From Lentisphaeria bacterium (GTDB lineage Bacteria; Verrucomicrobiota; Lentisphaeria; JABSQK01; JAWLHB01): a stretch of 64,000 nucleotides of DNA. The stretch lies in NCBI GenBank assembly GCA_041690595.1, contig JAWLHB010000015.1, positions 62,001-126,000 on the forward strand, in the 5' to 3' direction. The notes under the pieces are model-generated. The model was not told where the DNA came from and did no database searches. It worked only from the letters and a program-made list of their open reading frames with translations. Position 1 is the first letter of the stretch; each line of letters begins with the position of its first letter. Made by a program: the position numbers and the translations under genes. Shown here in pieces: positions 38,670 through 46,936 of the stretch.

Positions 38670-39334
38670 CGCTTGCCGCTCCCCTATCTTGCGCACGCCA
38701 CTCGCCTGAGTGGCACCGGGTTGCGCCTCGCTCCCTCCCAGAATCCCGGTCTTTCCCCATAGCTTCGCTTGCCGCTGCCCTATCCTGGGCACGCCACTCG
38801 CCTGAGTGGCACCCCTTGCGCCTCGCTCCCTCCCAAGATCCCGATGCTCACCAATAAGCCCCATGGAATTGAGTTCACGTGGGGAGCTGGCAATGGCAAT
38901 GGCAGGGGGCCGTTGGCAGCAATGGCAGCCTTTCGAGGCTAAGGGCTGTGGAATTGAGCTTACGTGGGGCGATGGCGATGTCAGAAGTCGCGGTTCGGTG
39001 GATGTCCCGTGGAAATGACGCCAAGGACGCAACCCTTTTGGGGTTGATGGGTGGGGCGCAGGTTACCCAGGGTAGCTGCCAGGCGGCAACCGTGGGCTAT
39101 GGGACGCAGCCCCGTTTGGGGATAGAGGGCAAAAGGAGATCTGGACGGATCTGACGTGATCTGACGGATCTGACGGACAAATGGGAGGGAGGGCCGTTGG
39201 TAACGGCCTTGGTTGAAGAGGAATGTACGGGCAATGGCCGGGGGGGACTCCCACGCATCAACCCCATGCCGGTTTGCGCCCCCAGGCGCGCACCGCCATC
39301 CGATCCGCCTGATCCGTCCGATCCGCCCGATCCC
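38670..39334. repeat. Composite REP-like repeat cluster (left)
   Basis: Two ~79-bp direct copies (38670, 38766) with a GCCACTC-GCCT-GAGTGGC hairpin; TGGAATTGAG..ACGTGGGG at 38864 and 38949; ACCCAGGGTAG/GGGCTATGGGACG module; GACGGATCT triplets. Confidence 0.85.
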
Positions 39335-39399
39335 TCTGCCATCATCCCCTCTCCGCCGCCTCTTCCCCCCTCGCGCAGCTTTTTTCTTCCTTCACCCCC

Positions 39400-39464
39400 T
39401 TGACCTCCCTTCGTATCCGCGCTATCGTTCCACCATAAGCAATGGAGTTCAGTATTATGGAACG
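39400..39464 (+). promoter_or_regulatory. Sigma-70 promoter and probable IclR operator
   Basis: TTGACC (39400-05), 17 nt, TATCGT (39423-28). Inverted CGTTCCA...TGGAACG (39426-39464) includes GTTC-N9-GAAC over the start codon. Confidence 0.7.
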
Positions 39465-40221
39465 AGCGCCGGTTGAAGCGTTGCGAAAAGGGTTGGAGCT
39501 ACTGGAACTGCTCTCCTATGCGGCGGGGGAGGAAGGGCTTTCCCTGGCGGCGATTGCCGAGCGGATGGGGCACAAGCGGACGACCGCCCACAACCTGCTC
39601 AAGACTCTGGTCATGTCCGGCTATGTGATCAATGACGGTGAAGGGCGGTACCGGTTGGGAAGCAAGCCGGGGCAGCTCATCCGCAATCGTCACGTGGGGC
39701 GTCCCCTGCCGGCGGAGCTGCTGCAGCCGCTGGTGCAACTGGCGGGACAGCTCAACGAGAATGCGGTGCTGACGAGTCTGGCGGGCGGCATGCGCTACGT
39801 GCTGGCGCGAACGCAGGGGGAGCAGTTGCTGCAGGTTAATGCGGATCGGCTGGACGGCGAGCACATGAACATCTGGGAAACCGTGACCGGACGCATGCTG
39901 GCCGCCTGCGCCGCGGCGGACGAACGCGAGGAGATTCTCTCTCGCGAGGGGCTCCCGGGCCCGGCCTGGGACGGCATTGCCGAGCGGCCGGAGCTGGAGG
40001 TCGCGCTGGATCGGGTGAGGGCAGCCGGTTACGCCGAATCGCACGGCCGCGACATCGCCAGCCTGGCGGTGCCGGTGCTGGAAGGGAGTTTCCTGCTGGG
40101 CGCGATTGGGGTGCATCTGCCGGACTTTCGGTGGGACGAGACCATGCGGGCAGCGTACCTGTCCGCCATGCATGCTACGGCCCGCGATCTGGGCCGTTTG
40201 TGGTTCACCTGGAACGGGTAA
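39457..40221 (+). CDS. IclR family transcriptional regulator
   Basis: ALRKGLELLELL..LSLAAIAERMG..TTAHNLLKTL HTH; TVTGRML and SLAVPV effector domain. Start 39442 or 39457. Confidence 0.9.
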   Translation: MERAPVEALRKGLELLELLSYAAGEEGLSLAAIAERMGHKRTTAHNLLKTLVMSGYVINDGEGRYRLGSKPGQLIRNRHVGRPLPAELLQPLVQLAGQLNENAVLTSLAGGMRYVLARTQGEQLLQVNADRLDGEHMNIWETVTGRMLAACAAADEREEILSREGLPGPAWDGIAERPELEVALDRVRAAGYAESHGRDIASLAVPVLEGSFLLGAIGVHLPDFRWDETMRAAYLSAMHATARDLGRLWFTWNG

Positions 40222-40242
40222 TCATCATAAGGGGAAAATGAC

Positions 40243-42543
40243 ATGGATACCTTGTTGACGGCACAGGCCAAGCAGGCCGCGTACACCATGGGCGCACATC
40301 TGGCGGGCGTGGGCAATATCGAGCGCTGGGAGAATTGCCCCCCGCTGATGAGCCCCAAGGGCATCATGCCGACGGCGCGCAGCGTCCTCGTCTGCGCCAT
40401 TCATCATACCGACGGCATGATCGAGATGGGCGGCGAGTACAACGCCCATGAGCAGGGCTCCTACCTCTACCAGCTCCTCATGAACAATCACCTCGACGTC
40501 CTTTCCTACCGGATGGCTGCCTGGCTGGAAGACCGTGGTTGGCGCGCCGTGCCGATCACCGCCAGCAACATCTGGCGCTATCGCCCCTACAAGGAGCTTG
40601 ACGCCATCTTCTCGCCGGACATCTCGCACATCTATGCCGGCGTCGCCGCCGGGCTGGCCGAGCTTGGCTGGAGCGGCCTCGCCATGACCCCCGAATATGG
40701 CGCCCGCAATCGCTTCGTCTCCATCATCACCGATGCTCCCCTGGAGCCGACCCCGCTGCTGCCCGGCAACAGCCTCTGCGATCGCTGCAACATGTGCGTG
40801 AAGCATTGCCCCACCATGGCCTTCACCCGCGAAGTGCGCGGCGAAGTGGCGCTCGAGATCGAAGGAAACAGCTATACCCGTTGCGACAAGAACCTGTGGC
40901 GGTGTGCCTGGGCGGAGCACTTCGGCCTGAGCATCGACAGCAAGATCCCCGAGCAGGTCGATGAAGACTCGATCCTGAAAAGTGTCGCGTGCGACGGCCT
41001 GCGGGGCGGCACCATGGGCAGTTGCCTCAAGTATTGTCTCCCGAAGGAAAAGCGCACCTGGGACAAGGGCTACTCCAGCGCCCCCATTCGCCGCAAGGAT
41101 GTGGCGCCGACGTCGCCCAGCCCCGAACGACGCGTCCAGATGCAGATGACGGCGGCCATGCTGGCGGACGGCATCGACACCCTCGCCATCGTCTCGCGGG
41201 AAACCTTGGAAGCGGCAGGCGTCGACGTGGCATCGCTTCTCCCGGATGCGCGCAGCGCCGTTCTGGCCGGCGTCCTTCCCCCGGCCGCCGCGCCAACGTC
41301 CACCAACGACCGTCAGGTCGAGTGGAGCTACAGCAGCCACTATGCGGTCCAGAAAACCATCTTCTATGCTTCGCACACGCTGGAGCAGCTTGGCTACAGC
41401 GCCGCCCCCTACGCCATGAGCGGCCTGACCCAGGATCCGGGCAAGAGCGCCATCGACAAGGTCAAGGCCTTCACCGCCACCCGCTTCGGCGCCGCATGGG
41501 AAGGGGCCACCGCCTTCCTGCTGACCAGTGCGGAGCTGACACCCGAAGCGGCGACCGCCACCTATGCGCCCCTGCCCGCCGGCAGCAACCCCAGCCAATC
41601 CGTCCGCAACCTCGCTCGCGAGTTGGGCGCGGATCTGGTGGGCATCGCCTCGGCACAACGCCTGGACGACATCGCCGCCGCCATACGCCCCATCTTCGAG
41701 GGCGAAACCATTTTCGACGCTCGCGATACCGGCAAACGGTGGCTCGACTCCTCCGCCGAGGTGACGGAGTCGACGCGACGGCTCCATACGCCCGAATCGC
41801 ACCTGACCGGCGCCAGGTCGGTGATTGTGCTGGGTTGTCGCATCCCCCGGGAGAGCACTAGCGCCATGGGCCGCGATCCGGCGGAGGCCATCGGCCCCTA
41901 CGCCTTTGCCCAGCACCAGAGTCATCGCCACCTCAACAACATGGCCCTGCGGCTCATGAAGATCATGGGCGGATGGGGCTGGCGCAGCACGGCCACCTAC
42001 GACCTCTGCGGCACCGGCTCCTGGGCGGCCAATCCGCGCGGCCCCCAACCCAACCTCTTCTGCAATCGGTTTGCCGCCGTGGCCGCGGGGCTGGGCACCC
42101 TCACCAAAGGCGGCTTTGTCACCACCGCCGAATACGGCGCCAATGTCCGCTTCCTCGCCATCGTCGTCGATGCGGAACTGGAGGAGGAGTCGCTGGCCGA
42201 CCTGGCCGGGCTGCGCAGCGCCTGCGAAGGATGCGAGCGCTGCCTGCGCGGCTGTACCGTCAACGCGCACCGCGCGGAGCCGGCCACCCTTCGCCTCGAT
42301 GGGTGCGACCTGCTCTTCAACCCCGTCGAACAGGTGCGCTGCGATTGGGCCCTGCGCTATGGGCTGATCCCCGCGGAAGGCGTGGCGCTGACCGGCTCCA
42401 CCACCAACGCCCCCATTCCCGACAAGGTAACGGCCGCCGCGCTCGCGGCCGGCATCGCCAAGGAAGACCACATCCTCAAGCTGCGCCCATGCGTAGCCGA
42501 AATGTGCATGATGGCATGTCCTTATGCCCGATCCCAGAACTGA
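40243..42543 (+). CDS. Multi-module QueG/reductive-dehalogenase-like cobalamin/4Fe-4S protein
   Basis: Two full modules (AGLAELGWSG..TPEYGARNRFVSIITDA..CDRCNMCVKHCP; AGLGTL..TAEYGANVRFLAIVVDA..CEGCERCLRGC..CMMACP) plus a degenerate central module. Confidence 0.82.
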   Translation: MDTLLTAQAKQAAYTMGAHLAGVGNIERWENCPPLMSPKGIMPTARSVLVCAIHHTDGMIEMGGEYNAHEQGSYLYQLLMNNHLDVLSYRMAAWLEDRGWRAVPITASNIWRYRPYKELDAIFSPDISHIYAGVAAGLAELGWSGLAMTPEYGARNRFVSIITDAPLEPTPLLPGNSLCDRCNMCVKHCPTMAFTREVRGEVALEIEGNSYTRCDKNLWRCAWAEHFGLSIDSKIPEQVDEDSILKSVACDGLRGGTMGSCLKYCLPKEKRTWDKGYSSAPIRRKDVAPTSPSPERRVQMQMTAAMLADGIDTLAIVSRETLEAAGVDVASLLPDARSAVLAGVLPPAAAPTSTNDRQVEWSYSSHYAVQKTIFYASHTLEQLGYSAAPYAMSGLTQDPGKSAIDKVKAFTATRFGAAWEGATAFLLTSAELTPEAATATYAPLPAGSNPSQSVRNLARELGADLVGIASAQRLDDIAAAIRPIFEGETIFDARDTGKRWLDSSAEVTESTRRLHTPESHLTGARSVIVLGCRIPRESTSAMGRDPAEAIGPYAFAQHQSHRHLNNMALRLMKIMGGWGWRSTATYDLCGTGSWAANPRGPQPNLFCNRFAAVAAGLGTLTKGGFVTTAEYGANVRFLAIVVDAELEEESLADLAGLRSACEGCERCLRGCTVNAHRAEPATLRLDGCDLLFNPVEQVRCDWALRYGLIPAEGVALTGSTTNAPIPDKVTAAALAAGIAKEDHILKLRPCVAEMCMMACPYARSQN

Positions 42544-42572
42544 ACCCACCGCAAGAACGGAGATCCCTCACC

Positions 42573-43394
42573 ATGACCGCACGACTCGATTTCCCCCGTC
42601 CATGCCAACCTGTCTTTCAACACCTCGCCGCGGAGGAGATGCCCTTCGGGCTGAGTGGTGAACAGGTCAGGAGCTACTCCTGCAAGGGCTTCCTGATCCT
42701 GCGACAGGTACTCGACGTCGGCGACATCGAAGAGCTTCGGCGAGAGAGCGACCGGCTCCTCGCCGACGCCGACCTGAGCGGCCGCAACCTGCGCTACGCC
42801 GGCCCCTTCGCTGAAGGGGTGACGGTCCCCTGGAAGATCGACCCCTGCGTCGACATCTCGCCCCTCTTCGCGAAACTCGCCCGGGATCGCCGAATCTGCG
42901 ACCCCCTGCGCTCCATCTACGGCGGCTTCGCGCCACGGCTCTTCAAGGACAAGCTCATCATCAAGCCGGCAAAGGCCCACGGCAACGGCCTGCACCAGGA
43001 TTACAACTGGTGGCAAGGCTTTCCCGGCAGCCTCCTCTCCGTCTCCATACCCCTCGACGAGACCACCCGCGAGAATGGCTGCACCGAGCTGTGGACCGGA
43101 TGGCAAGAGGGTTTTCGCCATGAGGCCGGCAGCCTCGATGGCCAGATCGACCCCGAAAGCCTGGCCGGCGAGGAGCACATCCATGCGGAGCTCAAACCTG
43201 GAGACATCGCCATCTTCCATTGCCTCGCGCCTCATGCCGCCGGTCCCAACACCAGCGACAATCCCCGGCGCGCCCTCTTCCTCTCCTACAACGACAGCCG
43301 CGACGGCGAGCACCGCCAATCCCACTACGATCACTTCTTTGCCTACGCCGCCCGCAACCTCACCCTCGACCAACGCCAACAGCTTTATTGGTAA
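42573..43394 (+). CDS. Phytanoyl-CoA dioxygenase (PhyH) family Fe(II)/2OG enzyme
   Basis: KP..HQD, IPLDETTRENGC, GDIAIFH..PHAAGPNTS..RR motifs. Confidence 0.9.
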   Translation: MTARLDFPRPCQPVFQHLAAEEMPFGLSGEQVRSYSCKGFLILRQVLDVGDIEELRRESDRLLADADLSGRNLRYAGPFAEGVTVPWKIDPCVDISPLFAKLARDRRICDPLRSIYGGFAPRLFKDKLIIKPAKAHGNGLHQDYNWWQGFPGSLLSVSIPLDETTRENGCTELWTGWQEGFRHEAGSLDGQIDPESLAGEEHIHAELKPGDIAIFHCLAPHAAGPNTSDNPRRALFLSYNDSRDGEHRQSHYDHFFAYAARNLTLDQRQQLYW

Positions 43395-43404
43395 TCCCGA
43401 GACC

Positions 43405-44065
43405 CTGGGCACGCCACTTGCCTGAAGGGCGGCTACGTCCGTCCACCGACGGACCCCGGCGTTCGCCGTTGCCCCTTCCCAACGTCCCGCGCCCTCCGGG
43501 CACGCCACTCGCCTGAGTGGCACCGGCGTTGGACGTTGCCCCATTCCTATCTTGGGTCACCCTCCCATGGAATTGAGCGCACGCGGGGAGAAGGTGGCGC
43601 GGTGGACGCAACCCCGCATGGGGGTTGAAGGGAGGCGGGCAGTATACCCAGGGTAGCACCGCCTTTGGCGGCACAACCCTGGGCTATGGGACGTAGCCCC
43701 GATTGGGGCAAGGTGGCAAAAGGAGATCTGGACGGATCTGACGGATCTGACGGATAAATGGGAGGGAGTGCCCGTTGGTAACGGCCTTGGTCGCCGTTCG
43801 AAGAACGCCTCACTAATAGGTCCTGTGGAATTGAGCGCACGCGGGGAGGGGCGGCGCGGTGGCCGCAGCCCTGGGCTATGGGACGTAGCCCAGTTGGGGC
43901 AAGGTGGCAAAGGAGATCTGGACGGATCTGACGGATCTGACGGATGACGGATGGCCGTCGGAAACGGCCGTGGTCGCCGTTCGGAGAACGCCCCCCACTT
44001 TGAGGTCAGCGCAGGGGCGGAACGAGCGTGGACGTATGAAGAAAAATGTACGGGCAACGACCAGC
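43405..44065. repeat. Composite REP-like repeat cluster (right)
   Basis: Same modules and orientation as 38670-39334: hairpin at 43413 (variant) and 43504; TGGAATTGAGCGCACGCGGGG at 43568 and 43826; GACGGATCT triplets at 43731 and 43921; ATGTACGGGCAA near 44047. Confidence 0.85.
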
Positions 44066-44155
44066 TGGGAACTCCCGCGTATAATCGGCCGTTGGAGTCC
44101 GGCCTTCGTATCCGAGCGACGATGAGTACGAAGAGGAACGATAGGTCGGCGACGC

Positions 44156-45418
44156 TCAGAAGCCGGGATGGGTCTTCTCCTGCCAGTGCGTGAGCAGTTC
44201 CCGGCAGGTAGTCAGGATCGTGGGCAGGTCGGGGCGGTCATACGGATCCTTCTCCAGCATGCTGTCGATCAGGGCGGCAAAGGCCGGGCTCAACTCCGCA
44301 CAGACCTGCGCCAGTGGGATGGGGGTCTCGTGCAGGTGTGCCCTCAGGATGTCGAGCGTGCTGCCGCCAGGCATGGGCGAAAGACCCGAAGCAAGATAAT
44401 AGAGAGAACAGCCAAGCGAATAGACATCGCTGGCAATGGTCAGGGGTTCGTCGCGGATGTATTCCGGCGAGACGAACTGGGGCGTGCCGCGAAACTCGTC
44501 GTCAAGGGAAACCGTATGCTCGTTGGGCTTCTTGGCGAGGCCGAAATCCAGCAGCTTGATATCCCCATCGGGAGTCAGCATGATGTTGGCGGGCTTGATG
44601 TCCCGATGAACCAGTCCCTGCTCGCTGAGGTAAAGGAGGGCCTGCGCCATCTGGTAGCAGACGAACGACGCGCGATACTCATCGAGGGTCTCATGCTCGC
44701 GCAGATAGCCCTCCAGCGTCTCCCCGTTCACGTACTCCATCGCCATGAAATAGAAGCCGCTGACCTGCCCGAAATCGTACAGGCTGATGATGTGCGGGTG
44801 GTGGAGCTTCGAATGCTCGTAGGCTTCTCGCAGGAAGGCCGACATGAACTGGCGGTCGTTGCGCTTGGCGGCGGGAAGATCGAAGATCTTGAGGGCGATG
44901 AGCAGCGGCTCCGCGGCGTGCGTGTCGAGCGCCCGGTAGACGGTGCTGAAGCCGCCCTGGCCGGCGCGGTCGAGCAGCTCGTAACGGCCCGCAAAACGGC
45001 TGCCAAGCGCCATCCCCATGTCGCTGCTGCCCACCGACTTCCGCTTGCGGAGGGCAATCGCCACCTTGGCCAGCAGCTCCGAAGACTTGAATGGCTTGAC
45101 GATGAACTCGTCGGCGCCGCTGGAGAGGCCATCGACGATGGTTTCTTCCGAATCCTCCGCCGAGACGATGATGATCGGCACGCTGAAGGCATCCAGCCGA
45201 CGCCGCATCAACTCCAGCGCATCCATGCCGGACATGCCGGGCATGTTGAGGTCCAGGATGATGAGGTCCGAGGGGTGTTGGGCGAAGGCGTCGACGACCT
45301 GGGACCCGTCGTCGCAACACATGACTTCATAGCCGCGCTTCTGGAGAAAGCGACGGTAAAGCGTGTGCATGTCCGGATCGTCGTCCGCACAGAGAATTCG
45401 AATGGCGCGCGGCTCCAT
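44156..45418 (-). CDS. Response-regulator receiver fused to a Hanks-type Ser/Thr protein kinase
   Basis: Receiver motifs ILCADDD, ILDLNMP and KPF; kinase motifs GQGGFSTVY, ALK, HRDIKPANIM, DFG and GTPQFVSPE. Real start is ATG 45418. Confidence 0.92.
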   Translation of the reverse strand: MEPRAIRILCADDDPDMHTLYRRFLQKRGYEVMCCDDGSQVVDAFAQHPSDLIILDLNMPGMSGMDALELMRRRLDAFSVPIIIVSAEDSEETIVDGLSSGADEFIVKPFKSSELLAKVAIALRKRKSVGSSDMGMALGSRFAGRYELLDRAGQGGFSTVYRALDTHAAEPLLIALKIFDLPAAKRNDRQFMSAFLREAYEHSKLHHPHIISLYDFGQVSGFYFMAMEYVNGETLEGYLREHETLDEYRASFVCYQMAQALLYLSEQGLVHRDIKPANIMLTPDGDIKLLDFGLAKKPNEHTVSLDDEFRGTPQFVSPEYIRDEPLTIASDVYSLGCSLYYLASGLSPMPGGSTLDILRAHLHETPIPLAQVCAELSPAFAALIDSMLEKDPYDRPDLPTILTTCRELLTHWQEKTHPGF

Positions 45419-45637
45419 GTGGAACGGTCCCTCTCTTGACCAGATCATCACAGTGCGAAAACAAAAAGCGCAGGGGATGATGGCGTTCCCGCATCGGTCG
45501 GCTCTCACCCATTCATGACGTGCAGTATAGGAAATTGCGGTGGCCAGTGCAACAGAAGAAAGCATGATGAGCCGGATAGGGCCATGGAAAGGCCGGCGGA
45601 GCTTGCCTTCGCCGCTCGACAGGGCATCTTTTCCGAC

Positions 45638-46936
45638 ATGGCACGAGAACCTTATTTGCCGAGCGGTTTGAGCCGCGCCCAGACCCGCAAGACCCTGGCC
45701 AGCCTGAACGTGAACATCTGGCTGCGATCGGTCTGCGATACCATCTGCGCGGGCACCACCTTTGTCTTTGTCGCCTTTGCGCTGGCGCTCGGGGTTCCCA
45801 AGGAACGGATGGGCTATCTCAGCTCTGCCCTTGGCCTGGCCTGCATCCTCCAGCTGGTGGGGTTGATGCTGAGCGGACGCGCCAGCAACAAGAAGCGCTT
45901 CGTCGTTACCTTGGCGATGCTGGAGCCAATGGTGCTGATCGGTGCCGTCCTCCTGGTCCCGTTCGCACCCCCGGCCTGGCGCTTCAGCATCCTGGCGCTG
46001 GCAATGTTTGCCGCGGCGGGACTGCTCCACCTCACCAAGCCGCTGACTGAAGAATGGTCGGCCGCCACCATCCCCGCCGGCTTGCGCGGACGGTATCTCG
46101 GCAGGCGCCTGCAGGTCCTGACCGTGGTGACCATCGGGACCGTGCTCATCGTCGGCTTTCTGGCGCAGCGCTTCGACACCGAGAACCCGATTGGCTTCGG
46201 GGTCTTGATGGCGATCGGGGGCCTCTTCGGCTGGCTCGCCCTCCTGCCGCTGCGCCACGTCAGCCTGCCGACCCTTTCCGCCGAGTCGCAGGTGTCGATT
46301 GCGGATCTTGCGGGCATCTGGCGCCATGGTCCCTTCATGCGCTATCTGCTGGGGCTGCTCATCTTCGCCGTACCCTTTGCCGTCGCCATACCCTACTACC
46401 AAGTTTTTCATCTCGATATTCTTGGTCTCGATACGGCCCGGATCGCCGTGATGCAGACGGGCTATCTGGTGACCAAGGTGGCGGTAAGCCGGCTGGCGGG
46501 CAGGTGGTGCGATCGCTATGGCCCTCGCCGGATCATGCTTCTTGTCGCGCCGCTCTATCTGCTCTTCTTCTTCATGTATGCGCTGGCGAGGCCGGGTCTT
46601 GCCTGGCCCGTCTACGCGGCCTGGATCATCGTCGGAACGGCCGACAGCTTCTACTTCGTCGCCTACATCAGCGCCATCTACAGCACCGTGCCGGCGGCTC
46701 GCAACCGCAGCGCCTACTTTGCCGTACTCAACCTCGGCATGCTCGGCTTTTACGCCCTGGGCGCCGCGCTGGCCGTTCCCCTCGTGCAGTCACTCAGAGA
46801 GGTGGAGATCACCATCGGGTCCTGGCACATGGAGCAGTTTCAGCTCCACTACCTGATCTGCGCTCTGGTGATGCTCCCCGCTATCGGAGGTCTTCTGCTC
46901 TTCCCCAGTAAGAGCAGAAGGCGACCCAGCCCATGA
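45638..46936 (+). CDS. MFS transporter
   Basis: About 12 hydrophobic segments, RGRYLGRR and AGRWCDRYGPRR motif A. Start uncertain (45583-45638). Confidence 0.85.
   Translation: MAREPYLPSGLSRAQTRKTLASLNVNIWLRSVCDTICAGTTFVFVAFALALGVPKERMGYLSSALGLACILQLVGLMLSGRASNKKRFVVTLAMLEPMVLIGAVLLVPFAPPAWRFSILALAMFAAAGLLHLTKPLTEEWSAATIPAGLRGRYLGRRLQVLTVVTIGTVLIVGFLAQRFDTENPIGFGVLMAIGGLFGWLALLPLRHVSLPTLSAESQVSIADLAGIWRHGPFMRYLLGLLIFAVPFAVAIPYYQVFHLDILGLDTARIAVMQTGYLVTKVAVSRLAGRWCDRYGPRRIMLLVAPLYLLFFFMYALARPGLAWPVYAAWIIVGTADSFYFVAYISAIYSTVPAARNRSAYFAVLNLGMLGFYALGAALAVPLVQSLREVEITIGSWHMEQFQLHYLICALVMLPAIGGLLLFPSKSRRRPSP

Noticed and set aside
38900..39240. c-di-GMP (GEMM) riboswitch suggested by GGCAAA/GACGCAA words
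   Set aside because: Order and pairing do not fit GEMM-I; the sequences are better explained as REP-like modules.
38670..39334. CRISPR array interpretation of the repeats (GGAATTGAG resembles some repeat ends)
   Set aside because: Only two copies per cluster, irregular spacing (85 and 258 bp), non-unique intervening sequence, and no cas genes.
40243..42543. Calling this gene queG or a respiratory rdhA
   Set aside because: About twice the size of QueG, no Tat leader or rdhB, and catabolic context; only the fold-level assignment is supported.
40225..42549. 774-aa minus-strand ORF and other long antisense ORFs (48655-50877, 51047-52723, 57431-58882, 16022-17383)
   Set aside because: Antisense shadows of well-supported genes, expected in high-GC DNA; no recognisable motifs.
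45419..46411. N-terminal extension of the 751-aa kinase ORF
   Set aside because: Overlaps the MFS gene on the opposite strand; the receiver domain starts at ATG 45418.
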